From: Basidiobolus meristosporus CBS 931.73
Lineage: Eukaryota > Fungi > Basidiobolomycota
Direction: 5' to 3'
DNA: 64,000 nt
Assembly (NCBI GenBank): GCA_002104905.1
Contig: MCFE01000322.1
Span: forward strand, 1 to 64,000
The position numbers and the translations under genes were made by a program. The notes under the pieces are model-generated. The model was not told the origin of the DNA, searched no databases, and worked only from the letters and a program-made list of their open reading frames with translations. This document shows, piece by piece, positions 49,176 through 62,180 of this stretch (the first letter of the stretch is position 1; each line of letters begins with the position of its first letter).

Positions 49176-52100
49176 TTAATTCCATTGGCAATTGCAATGA
49201 CAGTCAGATACTGGACATTCACTGTGTCTTGAGAACCATTCTAGGATATGGGAGGCATGGCCTCCATGTCGGCATTTTTGACACCAAGTAAACCACATGC
49301 CAAAGTTTGTTGGTGAGTTTCCTGCATCACGAGATCAATAGGCGCTCAATTTGTACACAAACGAAGCACATGTTACCTTGGTTTCCATCCGGTTGCCCCC
49401 CAAACGACGACTTCTTGGTGGAATCCATGGGGGTGCCCAGATTCAGCAAGCATAGTGAGCATCTTGGTAGCGGCTTTCGGCAACTAGGGCAGCATGTAGA
49501 CTAAGAGATCCATGATGGTGAGCGCATTAGATCATTGGATATCAGCATGCTGGCCAAATCACTTACCCCCACTCGTTTGTTCGAGTCTCCACTAATCCCA
49601 CCTACGCCCATCCGCCTACCATCTCTACCTCTGTTACCAGGGGCGATGGATGAATGCGCAACGCTCTGACTGCAGAAATTACACCTAACATAGACCTGAG
49701 GAGGAGTAATATCTGCCGATCTGGTACCCATCTTCTTGCCTCTCGCGATGTCGAAATGCGCACGAATGTGGTAGAGTTGCCAACGATCCAATAACAGACG
49801 ATAGCTTCGGTTTTAAATAACAGTTAGACGACAATCATGATTTGCACGAGATTTCAGAGATCTATACTTTTCTGTCCATTCATGAACCCGTTGATCTTTG
49901 AATCGCCGAGGTACACAATAACTCATCACCAAGCTTGCCGTTTGGATGTCTCCAGTATTATTTACATATTGCTCCATTAAATCTGCGCCTTGGCTAGTAA
50001 GTCCGGTTAGGATAAGGCCTTCAACATCTCCGGTGACAAGCATTTTGGAAACAGTCGAATCTACATAGCCAACGAGCTTCACAGACGCTTAATGCAAAGA
50101 ACTATCGGACGAAACAAACAAACCATATATTACCTCATCGTCATTCAAAAATCGGATGGCCACACCAAGGCGGTCTCGCAATGGCAACTCTTCATGCTCT
50201 AGCACCACCTTCCAGTCGCCAGATGAGATGTATCCAAATATAGCTCTTAAATAAGGATCGGATAATTCTAGGCTTAGAGTTCTACAGAGATCCTGCCAGA
50301 TTGTAGAGCTGCGGCCTTCCTTGTTAGAATGGCCAGCAAGTGCAGTAGAAATTAACTTGAGTCTTTCATCTAAAGTGACATTAGTGGATCAGTATTGATG
50401 CTTAAGGTGCTGGAGCGAACAGGATACTTACCTTTGCTGTTGCTCAGGATTCTTATAGCCTTTGTGAAATCCGCATGGAATAAAGCCCAACCGGCAGCCT
50501 TTTCAAATTCCCCGTTGAGCTCCAGGCTATTCCGACAAAGATTAGCACCTTACTGCAAAAACCAAGCCATCAGAGAACCCGCACTTACTTTGAGAGCACT
50601 TTATCAAGCTCGGATCTCGTGAATCCCCAACCACACATAACGAGTGCTAACTTGCGTTGTAAAGTTCGGGAACTTGAGGCCATGTAGATTTCGTCGCTTT
50701 CAGTACTTGTACTGGCTGGCAGGTAGTTGTTGGCTGAGTTTGTGCTGGCGGTAGAGCTGCGTGCAGTAAGTTGGGATCTTCGTTTAGGTGAAAGCGCTAA
50801 ACATTTGGCGGACCATGTTAAACTTCACAAATTGTATTCATGCAAAGTATTCCAGCTTACCCCGTATATCTTCAAGCACAGTTTGGATTCCCTGGAAACT
50901 AAAATCGTAATTCCCGATCTTGGCTTTACCAGCAGCGGTTAGCTCTTCCGCTTCTGTTTTTGAAATTTGGTTAAAGGTCAAATAGTATTGCAATTAGCGA
51001 AAGTACATTCGGCAAATCAAAAAAGATACGAAGCAGCCACTCCCACAGTTCCTTCAAAGGCCGTGATTCTGTGATGATAGGCAGGTTATCGGAGGTCTAA
51101 TAGCACATTGTTAATGGACATCAGAAAATGGCTGATATTAGGAAGAAGTCTTACATTCATGGAGTAGCCTTTGATAGCACGATTTTTCATAATAACCGAT
51201 ATATCAAATTGAAGATCGGAAGTGCCGCTGGATTCTGATGAAATCTGCAATGTTGACTTTGCACTTTTGAACAGCTTTTTCCCACCGATGTTGCTATCAA
51301 GAGCCAGCTGAGCCATAAACCTCCCGAGGGCATCACTGCTCTTCATCTCCTTTCCGTTATCCATATTTGGTGTTTCTTTGTGCGAATTATCCATCGTATT
51401 TTCAACCTCGGTTTCGACCTGGGAGATGTTTTTGTTGCCAGCAATTAGAAGGTTTCCGCTTGGCTTCCACGCAATCTTGAATGATTCTTGGATTGTTACG
51501 TTTTCAATCAACGAATCTTTGTTGACTGAAAGCAGATGATACGTTGAGGAATTCGAGGAGTACGGAACCCAGGTAAATGAAGCAAGCGGTCTAGAAAACA
51601 GTTTTGCTGATAATAGTTCAGTATACGAAGCATCTGGTAGAACAAGAAACATTCTTACTTTGTCTGCATTTCCAAAGTACAGGCACATCGCACTCATCTT
51701 CTGGATTACTATACCCAATTGAGGCAGAGCTGGATTGAACACTGGCCAGTTTATCCGAGACGTTACCAATGCCGCCTACGCCAACTGTAGTTCCCGAACC
51801 CATAACATTCGAGGTACCACCCACCGCAGCTGACTTTATAACGTTGCCAGTATTGATCATATCTCCGGGCAACGGCACCCTAGAAGTATTCAAGGCATTG
51901 CCAGTCATATAGCTGCTACCACCGCTCAAGAGCATGCTATTTGTGTCAGCAAAGTTTCCGTTAACTCCGTAGCCAGCTGAGCTTCTGTTGGGATATAGCG
52001 TGGAGGAAGTATAAACTTTGGTCGTTCCTTCTTGAATATCCCATATGCGAACGTAATTCGATTCCTTCCCAAGTGTAGCTAATAGACCGGATCTACGTGG

Positions 52101-53578
52101 GGAAAAGGCCATATTCGACAGGCCCGCCGACCTGGTTGACCCATTGATTGTTAATACTTGGAAAATATCGTCAAGGACACTACAAAGCAAAGCAATGGTA
52201 TCTGAAATGGCATTGTCAAAAAGGATATTGCTTCAGTGGGCTTTCGGATATCCCAGATCTTTACTATTCCATCTTCCGTGTGTGATGCAAATCTATAAGG
52301 ATGAAATGGATCCACACTAATCCCATATATTGCTTTGGTAGCAAAAATTACACCTGGGGGGCTGCTGGAATCCGCTACAAAATAAAAGCTGGCATCAGTC
52401 AAGTGCCCAATGGTAGTTCAGTTGTTTTGTTGGCTTGCCTCGAACGTCGTACACACGCAGCCATTTTAATCCCATGCCAGCCACTAACTGGGATGGTGAG
52501 TCTGGAAACCATGCGCATGATGTGATTGCCTCCGAAGAGCCATACTGTTGAATAGGCCTGACATCTTCATTACGGGTGTAGCTGAAAAAGGGTAAGAATG
52601 TGCAAGGAGACTCGCAATAAATTATCATATATACTCACGCGGATGAGACCATCTGTTTAAGTGGGTTCGTATCTGACGGCAGTGGATTCATTCCCATTCG
52701 AGCTGGTTCTATTTTGCGTTAGTAATAAAATCAGAAAACTTCCCGGAATATATATAATTACCAAAAGTAGGCTCGTTCCCGTTGGTACGAATGGAAACAA
52801 CTTTCTTGGGTGTCGCGTGAACTCCGTCATTATGAAAGAATGGACTTTTCTCGGCTGGAACACTCTTTCCGACGCTGCCACTGAAGCTGTCTTCCCGGGT
52901 AAGTGTTGGTCTGAAGGTGTTGGATCCGACATTCGTTGGAGCACCACGCGCTTGCTGCACGTCCCATATCATTAAACAATAATCATTTCGTACTTTATCC
53001 AACCCAGTGGCTAGAAGTTTCGGCTCCGCGTCAGAAAACGCCACCACATTACAAGCTCTAGAGTGCCGTATGTTAAAGGAAGGGTACGTTTGCTGCTGTG
53101 CAAATGACAAAGGTCTATTGAAACTTTTATTAGTCGGAGAAGTAATATATGGTGAGGAATCGACGGGCGCGCTGTTGCTCAAACGGACTAGTAAGGTTCG
53201 TCCTGTGGTCAGACCAACGGCTATCAAATCAGGATATGAAGGGTCTGGTGACCAGGCAAAACACTTCACATATTAATAAGCTCTATTTAGCACCAAATCA
53301 CCGGCTAACGTCAGCAAGAAAGTTACCTTCATCAACGGGACGTCCGAATTCACCGCAATCATGGAAATTTCAGGACTGTCTCCAGCCATCTATGAGGAAG
53401 GAACACAAACCGAAGGTTGTTTAGCAGAGGCTACAATGTGCATTATAAGGTTAATAGGTTTCCTACGTACTCTAGGTGCTACCCATTCATAAAGTCTTAA
53501 ATCTGTAGAACCGATAATAAATTGGTTCTGATCTGGGTGTGGAGACCACACCACTCTCTGGTTTCGAATGGTATTCAT
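49176..53578 (-). CDS. MIOS: GATOR2/SEA complex subunit MIOS/SEA4, multi-exon
   Basis: N-terminal WD40 ([35 protein letters not shown]); C-terminal CNFC...[15 protein letters not shown]...HASHILEWF...[10 protein letters not shown] zinc region. Confidence 0.95.
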
Positions 53579-53960
53579 TTCTTCGCTACCACTAATCTAA
53601 GAAGCAACACTACGCTAATCGCCAATAAATGCTCACAAATATTCTCACATTACCCATCTATTTGATTAATGTTCATATGATCGTTCACCCCAGCACTAAG
53701 GCTCCGATTTTCGAAATATCAAGTATCGGATTTATGATGGCACATGATAATCGGTATTCTAGTCTTCGAATGATGAAAGTCAGGCCACGTCTCATGCAAT
53801 ACAATAAGGGAACACGTTAACAAGCTGCATAACATACACCAAAGTTAGACCAGATTCATTCAACCACTGTTGATAAATATTTTGATTGGGCAAATATTTT
53901 TTCTTTAATGGTTTCAAAAGAAGGTGGAGTTCGTTTACTACTTGTTTCTTGAATATAAGA

Positions 53961-54714
53961 ATGACGGTTGCCTTGGCAAATAAAGAATTATTCGGCGGTG
54001 CGATCACCACCTATGTCCCAACCACTTTTATTGACATAAGGTAATCCCATATGGAATTGGACTTGGAGCTGTCTGTACTGATGTATCCTGTTGTATTCAC
54101 AATAGTCAGTTGCGCGAAGTTCCAGACAACCAGGAGGTCTATGTAGATACTAATACGGACCAGAGTGTTATTGTGGAATTATTAGAATTGGCTGAAGAAG
54201 CAGCAGATGCCGATTGTGCTAGGTATTACTTTCAGACTGTTCTTTAAAAGCAAGTTCCTCACACCATATACTTAGCTATCACTTCAAACAAATTGCTGAG
54301 CATAACGATGCTTCGGCAGAGAACCAAATACTCAAGGTAGTTCAGCTAGAAGACTCTGAAGTGCCCAACCTACCGTAAGGAAAAAGTGATATATTCTCAG
54401 GAGGTTTATACTAACTACATATTGTGCTCTAATGTAGTAAGGACGCCAAAAAATATTTACTTGTTGGAAGACAAACTATTTCCAAATATAACGAATCAGA
54501 TCCCAACGCTCGGAATGTTGTGAACATATACTTGGCCGTCTTCCGAATTCCTAAGATCACTACAGATATCATTGTGAGCTACAATCATCCAGTTGTAATT
54601 GGACCTACAAGCAGCAGCCGAGATACTCAAGCAGGTTCAGTAGACGAAGTCGAGAATAACTTCAAGAAGATTCTTGCTTCATTCAATATTAATGACTGGT
54701 CACTCTTTTGCTGA
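53961..54714 (+). CDS. MOG1: Ran guanine-nucleotide release factor MOG1 (3 introns)
   Basis: LFGGAI, S|QLREVPDNQEVY, DQSVIVELLE, YHF, HNDA, AVFRIPKITTDIIVSYNHP, NINDWSLF. Confidence 0.95.
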
Positions 54715-55520
54715 AATAAACATTGAGCTTGACTTTATTGTGTCACGTTGAAACAGATCCCAGGAGATTTGAGTATCTTTGGGTTTCAAGGTGCGTTTGC
54801 TGATGAGAGGTCTGGATAGGATGCTGGACTTTCAAATAAGGGCCTGCGCTGAAGTCGGCTCTATCTTATGACGAGATATAACGTATGATCGATGCTGCTA
54901 ATTAGCTCGAATATTTATCCTGAAAGAATTTCCTGGATGGAGAGCAAAAGGTGCATATGACACAACATTAAAGTAGCATTTGTAGTAGGGATTCCTTTTC
55001 GAGAACAATTGATTTGCTGTGTTGTAATCCGTATTTTATGCATTCCTCTAAGCAGTATGCAACACGTGGCAAAGCTGATTCAAACATAAGCCAGTCTCCA
55101 TTCGACATTCATGCAACTGGTGGGCTCTTACTGTAATAGCACAGGATGCTAACGGTGAAATCTAGCATTCGTTCAATCATTTGCGATCTCCATCAGTCAT
55201 GCATGAAAGCTCCTAGAAAGCGGTGAGCTACAAATTGTGGCACTCAGGCATATCAGATAGCTGCAAAAGAGTATTCACCTAATCAGGCATCTTGGTTAGT
55301 ATGCAGCAATTTATAGACACATCAAGCTCGAAGAATAGTATCGAATCTACTCCTGCAATAGTTGTTTACAAATACACGTGTATTGCTTAATCCCAGTAGA
55401 TCACTGGAGGAGGTATTGTGGAACAAATATTGTTACTATAATCCTTTAAATCTTAGCAGGGAGCCCCTTCAGAACCTATGCTCCCATTTCTAAATTAGCT
55501 CTAACACTAACTTAACCACC

Positions 55521-55774
55521 ATGACTTCCAATCCTTTAATCCGGAGAGTCATCCAGAAGCACTATCAATACGAGCTTGTAACCGCTCTGTATATGTTAGA
55601 GCCATGGGAAAAAGCCATTTTTCGTATCCTTTTTACACATTGATGTTGGTCGTAGATTCTTTAGCTTGATTCCTTGATTTTCTGAATTCAGATACCGTGA
55701 CGCTTCTCATCCTCCTGGTACCGGTGTACTCTGCCTATCTTTACCTCTCCAAGAGCCTGTTCGGGACCTTGTAG
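55521..55774 (+). CDS. SPTSS: Serine palmitoyltransferase small subunit (ssSPT/Tsc3-like), 1 intron
   Basis: YQYELVTALYMLEPWEKAIF, then one TM segment. Confidence 0.9.
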
Positions 55775-56353
55775 CACTTCCACCTGGATTGAAAAGCGAC
55801 TGCTATGACGTCAATGGGTAAAGTAGCGTTCAATCCAATATTTCACGTACCAATCAATTCACCAATGTGGCAAGATTGCACCTGATATAAATTCCGGAAC
55901 AGACCCGGTGCTGACTCAAATGTTGTAAAAGCGGTAACACAATATCTATGGCTTCGGTTGGCGTTAGTGCAGTAAAAGTTATTGTTATTCAAATTGCAGC
56001 AAACTTCACCAAGCACGCAATGCAATGCCTCGCAAACAAGAATCTTGAAAAGATTTATTTACATGAGGGATGGCTTCATTCTGGATGTTAATAAATGTCT
56101 AAGGATAAAGAAATAGCAACTGCTACAACGCACAAGGGTAACTCGCCGGAATGTCCAAATCCAAAGTTAACAGAATCACTGCTTTGAATTGGGTATGGCT
56201 CAAGAGGATAGGAAATTAATGTTTCAAAAGGATTGAATGATGATTTGAGCAATTCATTCGTTTAGAGTTACATAAAGCTTTGGTAAACATATTAAAATCA
56301 TTAGCAATAGATAAACGGATGGGTTGGTATTACCTAGTATGGTAGTGGCATCG

Positions 56354-57852
56354 CTAAACCTTTGCAACACAATCCTTTGGAAATACCCCTTTGAACTGTG
56401 AGTTACGGCTTCGATTGTATCCGTAGAGCATCCCTGCGACCTCATCTAAAACCACAAGCTCGTCTCCCTTGTAAACAAAGATCTCCTCGTCGGTTTGTGG
56501 CACATGTGTTTCTACAGCCCGGATGACCAAATTTTGATCTCCGGTACTGCTTAACTTGGTTCGCGATGAAGGACTGTGTGACGCTTTCATTGGGCCTATC
56601 CAAGCTTGTCAACATAACATTCGAGCGTCTTGGAATGATTAAATAGTTTATCATACCAATTGTAGTAGTTCTTGATTTGAAGCGGAATACCAAGAATCCC
56701 GCAACACAAAGGACTGCTAAAACGCCAACCACTATGCCGATAATCGCCCCTATAGAAAGCATTTTGGTGGGAGTGGACTTTTGTGACCCAGTGGCTGCGG
56801 TCCCGTTCACTATATTCTCATTCATCGTTCCTAGCAAACCATTAGTCAGAGCCACATTGATGGGGATATGACAGTTCACATACCTTGGCACTGTGGGAGG
56901 TACTGAACTCCCTCACAACGAGTGTTGAATCCAGGCGGACGGCACGAGAAGTTGTTATCTTTGAGTTCACACTTGAAGCCACTCATTGTTTGTGTGTCTC
57001 CTGCAAGCTCGAGGTTAATTGCTGGGAGGGGCCCCGAAAGCATATTCCCCTGAAGTCCCCTAATAACGAGCTGCTTAAGAAATGTCTGTCGCCTTCATAT
57101 AGTTTACAAAGAATCCTTACAAGTAATTCATGGTTGTCTTCTTAACAATTGATGTTGGGATGCTTCCAATCAAGCGATTCTGATTCAGGTTTCTAAATAC
57201 ATATTGAACCATTATGAATCTATTGCATCGGCTGCAGCAATGAAACTCACTTACACATGAACAAGGGGAGCATCGAAGAGCTCTGATGGAATTTCTCCTT
57301 GTAGTTGGCATTCAGAGCAACGGCTATGATAGGAGGTAAATACGCATTTGAGGTGGTGTAATCACCATCAGTACTTACAAAACACTAAGTCGTTGAAGTC
57401 TTCCCAATCCTGGAGGGATCTGACCTCTGATAGTCGATACTGATAGATGGCTGGATTACCATTAGCAATAGGAAGTGAGCACAATTATATGAGCATGATA
57501 CTCACAGCTCTGCAAGGTACGATAATTTGAAGATATCATCAGGAATCCTGCCTCCAAGGTTGTTTCGCTCCAGCACACTGAAACAGAGTTGAGTTTAAAA
57601 GAGGATTGGCTCAGCAATGGTCTGTACATACATAGCCGAGACTCGGGTGCCAGCCTGGCAACTCACACCACTCCAAGAGCAGCAGTTTCCATTGTTGAAA
57701 TCGTTCCAGCCGGTTTGGTTTAACCAGCCGGGCCCGGAAAGCGAGGGATAGAGTACGTTGCGAAGATAGTTGCAATCGTCAGATAGGAACTGGGCTCTAA
57801 AGCCCGGTAAGGTCAACAAAGTTGCTGTTATCCAGAATAATAGCCAGCTCAT
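56354..57852 (-). CDS. Receptor-like protein: signal peptide, LRRNT_2, ~5 plant-type LRRs, Cys cap, TM, SH3
   Basis: WNDFNNGNCCSWSGVSC; GRIP/GQIP/GEIP/GSIP/GPLP repeats; TM IGAIIGIVVGVLAVLCVAGFLVF; AVETHVPQTDEEIFVYKGDELVV...GVFPKDCV. Confidence 0.85.
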
Positions 57853-58795
57853 ATCTAGTTATGATGAAGTGAATGAAACCGTTGCGTCTGAGAGAGCTGA
57901 ACATACCTTAAATAAGCGACCAAACTCATCGCATCGAAATTCATGTAAGGAATCGGGAAGCGATGTATCGATCTTCCACCGCTTTTTCGATATAGGTCAA
58001 TGACTTCCATACGCTTGGATTTACCAGACTTTCAGCCCCGCTTCTAATTACAGCGCATAATATGATATGTCTTTCAATTCCATTCTGCTCTTAATATTCC
58101 TGGTACATAACTGTACCTGTGGTAAACAAATGTCATCCTTCTAACTATGTCAAATTGATGGATCCAGATACTGCATTGATTTCCGTTTAGTCATCACCAA
58201 CAGACATCGTGTACTTGGACCACTGGTACGCACATGCATAAGACCAGATTTTCCTGATGGGAAAACGGCTACTATGGTAACGGTAGTATACACTTTGTAC
58301 ACTACTGATATCAACCCTGAGCATCCCTTCAGCCCCCAACCGTCGAGCCTCCTTTTCAACCCTTGCATGTATCTACAAACTCCCTCAATTCAAGCTGTCG
58401 GATCACTTTATGTACTGCAACAACGTAGCCTAACTATTACCCAACAAAAAGGGGAAATCCTGTAGCCTGCACAGCCAGCCTTAACTATATGCCCCTATTG
58501 TACACAATTACTTGTTCAAGCATGCCAACTATTCTATGAAACAAGCCAGGGCCACACAGCCTCGCATCTTGTTTACTACGATCGCAGTAGATTCTTACAA
58601 TCCACTCGCCCATACGTGCGCACAGGGCGCCAACGTCATCTAGAAGCCGAGGGATATTGCTCTCTCATCCCAAGATCCCAATACAATATAACCAATTTTC
58701 GACGGATGACATTGATTCGACTCTAATTGGCTGAATTTTATTTATACATTTCATTATTAAAATTTGCAATTATACAGTAGGCTGACTCTAGTAGA

Positions 58796-59818
58796 TTAAA
58801 TATTTTTAATAATAGTGTCTGCTGGAGCACCGTTGTAGGTAATCTGATAAACGGCGTTGATGAAGGGGAATTCTTGGATTTTCTCCTTGGTCAACAAATA
58901 GTCGTGAACCTTCTGAATTGTAATAGGTCCCTGAAGCTTTTGTCCGTTCAACATCTCGTTCTCAAGCACATCGAACGGTTTGCCGGTTCTGACAAACGCC
59001 TCACCGAGCATACGATTGCGTCCAGCATAATAGAGGGTGATCATCTCCGCAACACCACAGCTTTCGTAGAAAGTTTCCTTCTGCACCTCGGGATAGAACG
59101 TTTTGGCGAACTTGATGATCTCCATCAGTCCAATACGCACAACAGCAGCCTTGGTGTTGCCGCCTAGGTCGAGTCCGTCCACGATACCGGCGGCAATACC
59201 CAGAATATGCTTCAAGGCACCACAAATCTCCACACCGATGATATCGTTGACGATGGTTACTTTCAGGTAGGACGTGCTGAAGAGCTTCTTGAAAAGCTTC
59301 CCGTGCTTCTTCACCAGCGTGCCGATGGTGGTTTCGCAGAAGTTTTCCGAAGCTACCTCAGAGGCCACGTTAGCGCCGGACATGACGCTGACTTCAATAT
59401 CCAAAAGCTCGTGGATAATCTCCGAGAAAAAGCGAATGCTGCTGTGAGAAGAGTCGAGGCCCTTGATCAGCGAAATAGCTCTAGCGTCAGGACGAATCTG
59501 ACCGACCATTCGGCGGAGAACTTCCTTCAGAAATTGAGGCGGAATAACGAACACAAACACAGTGGCATCTTTGATGCATTCAGTGAGGTTGGAGTTGGCA
59601 ACAATATTCTCGGGAAGCTTCACGCCTGGAAGATACTTCACGTTCTCATGCTTGGTGTTGATGATGTCGGTCAGACTCTCGCCGTTGATGAACTCTTCAT
59701 GGACCCACATGTTTACTTTGTCATCGAATTCGTCATACTTGGTAACATTGGTACCAATGATCTTGGCTGCGGTGGAACCCCAATTTCCAGAACCGATTAT
59801 ACAAACTTTCTCAGTCAT
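58796..59818 (-). CDS. GPD1: NAD-dependent glycerol-3-phosphate dehydrogenase, divergent and intronless
   Basis: VCIIGSGNWGS, HENVKYLPG, ISLIKG, MSGANVASEVA, VEICGALK, ESCG, GRNR, GQKLQG. Confidence 0.93.
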   Translation of the reverse strand: MTEKVCIIGSGNWGSTAAKIIGTNVTKYDEFDDKVNMWVHEEFINGESLTDIINTKHENVKYLPGVKLPENIVANSNLTECIKDATVFVFVIPPQFLKEVLRRMVGQIRPDARAISLIKGLDSSHSSIRFFSEIIHELLDIEVSVMSGANVASEVASENFCETTIGTLVKKHGKLFKKLFSTSYLKVTIVNDIIGVEICGALKHILGIAAGIVDGLDLGGNTKAAVVRIGLMEIIKFAKTFYPEVQKETFYESCGVAEMITLYYAGRNRMLGEAFVRTGKPFDVLENEMLNGQKLQGPITIQKVHDYLLTKEKIQEFPFINAVYQITYNGAPADTIIKNI

Positions 59819-61391
59819 GAACAAAAATCAAGAGATTAATAAGAAATATAACGAGAGTGTAGAGGCGAGGTCGTGGAAGCATCCTTTATATAGCCACAGT
59901 AATCTTGGTAAATTGGCATTTTTTAAAACATCCCTATCCACTCTAGAACATCGATGAGATAGCACCAGGTGCATCAAATCGGGAATCATGTATACTATTC
60001 GCCTTCTCTACGTCATCATCATCACCAACGAGGTTGTTCAATCCCAATCACAATCATTAAGGCTGGAGAATTGGGCAAATATAAGGGCCTTTTGGGTGAG
60101 AAAACATCGATTATTCAGGGATTCTGGCTGACACCAGACGTCCCAAAACGTCAGACAGACAATTAGAAGATATCGCATTTGAGGGTCGATCATTGGCCAG
60201 GGCTACTTTGTCTAGGCATGAGGATGGAAATCACCTGCGAGAAGCCTCTAGACTGTCAACTTAGCACTAGCTGGGCCTTGATTATCTAGGAAATCAATAT
60301 CCTTATACCAAGTCTGAAAAACCTTAATAGCAAGGAGCTGGATGGACTCGTTCGTGCTTCCAATGGTTATTGTGAACATAAAACAATCACTGCTGCAAGC
60401 GCGATGGAAAGTCCACCGGCCTATCGGTAGGACCTAGATCTCCAATACAAATTACTACTGATGACAGGTGATTATTCTATCGACCTTCTGATTACGAATG
60501 ACTGCATTCAGAGTCTAAAATCGTTAAGCAATCGCCAATCGCAATCATGAAGCTATTGGTCCCCACCAATCGAGGCATCACGGTTTTTGACTAAAGATCA
60601 GTAAACAGAGCGCACTGTATCAAACATTGGCCAAGGCCCACTCGGCAATACTGGTTTCTGTAGCAGACATGAGATTATCAGCATGTCTTGACAATATTCG
60701 AGCGCGTAAGCGGGAACGGCGCCATCCACGCATGGTTCGGTCAAACAAGCTTCCATAAAGGCTTGCAATCTTGGAAGGATCCAAGGGGCATACGAAACCA
60801 TGTGAGTGCTTTTCTAGCTGAGCGATGGCAAGAGATAGCAAAAATCCACCATTTAGACCAGAGATTGAGCGCTATCGAACTTCGGTAAATTCGTGATTGC
60901 TACAATTCGACCGATCCCATAAATGGCTACCCGTCCAGCATTGCACTGTGTGATTACATTCCGTGATGCCATTGCGTAAGGCCATGTAATATCCCACGTA
61001 TCGATCACTTCCTAACCGTTCAAGTGGTATTCATGCAAATCGACAGAATCAATCCATTTCCAAAACTACGCGGAATCTTGTTTCTACCTCAGCTGCCCTA
61101 CCTTTCAAGACCCCAATTATAGATACACTAGCCTCGGATATTTGGAACCCCAGATCACACGACCTACCTGATGGGTGGCGGCTATGGCGTAATTTGGAAG
61201 TCAGTTTACATTTATTTAGAATCTTAACGATGATACATTTGAAGTCAGAGAGGTACAGATTAAAACGAAGCGTTTAAAATTCTCTTATGAACATAGTGAT
61301 TCTTGCGGATGAATCAGCAAGACATTGATCAGGCTGTAGTATTAAAAGTTCGGGCCGCGTGTAGAAGACTCTGGAGACGTGAGTTAGGGAG

Positions 61392-62180
61392 CTATTTAGT
61401 ATTAGACATACAGGATGTTGCTTCCCACTCTCTAGGCTCGTCATCAACGATGGCGGTTGAAGTGGGGTTTTCTCTATAGCGATCCTTGCCACACTCCCAG
61501 TACCAGTCGTTGCCCCGGAGAATGGCGTATTTGTATTGGATACTAGTCAACTCCCTCTGAGCGACTTCATTGACCCCAACGGAAGCCTCATACACAGAAT
61601 CTACAGCAGTAAGCTCTAGAGCCGAAGCAAGAGTCCAATCCCCTAGTAAAACGTGTCCACCGCAAATAAAGACTCTATCCCCGCTTTCTAAAGATACGCC
61701 CTTCAACCTGAAAGTCAAAACTTTCATGTTACGAACGGCCGATCGAACAATGTATTCTATGGTGCGAGAATAATCCAAGCCATCGCTGTTTTTCAAGTCA
61801 GACAGGCGTTCGCCAATAACCTCGAGGAACTGCTTGTTTTCATCGAGCTGACGCTTATACGAAGCTATCAATACTTCGCTGTCTTCGAGGCGTTGCTTGT
61901 TGGCGGCAATCGAGGATTCGCTTTCTTCTAGGCGACCTTTAAAGGAGGCGACCGAGGTTTTGAGGTTGCTGATTTCTTGCGCTTGCTCGCGAATACTCTT
62001 TTGGTAATCGTGCTCAACGGTTTTAAGTCGGTTGTTTTCTGCTTTGAGCTGCTGCAACTCCTTCTTAATTTGATCGATTTCGGTTCGAGTCTCGGTTAGT
62101 TGGGACACATCTGGCGGAAGGTGCAGAGTTTTGAGACCGTTCCAAGCGTTTGTGAAGAGATAGTAGATTCCGTTAAGCAT
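61392..62180 (-). CDS. Coiled-coil protein with C-terminal CBM20 (starch/glycogen-binding) module, intronless
   Basis: About 100-aa heptad region, then TFRL...GDRVFICGGHVLLGDWTLASALEL...YEASV...IQYKYAI...WECGKDR (CBM20 pattern). Confidence 0.8.
   Translation of the reverse strand: MLNGIYYLFTNAWNGLKTLHLPPDVSQLTETRTEIDQIKKELQQLKAENNRLKTVEHDYQKSIREQAQEISNLKTSVASFKGRLEESESSIAANKQRLEDSEVLIASYKRQLDENKQFLEVIGERLSDLKNSDGLDYSRTIEYIVRSAVRNMKVLTFRLKGVSLESGDRVFICGGHVLLGDWTLASALELTAVDSVYEASVGVNEVAQRELTSIQYKYAILRGNDWYWECGKDRYRENPTSTAIVDDEPREWEATSCMSNTK

Noticed and set aside
60200-61250. Overlapping ORFs 60598..60888
   Set aside because: No recognisable domain and no coherent gene model.
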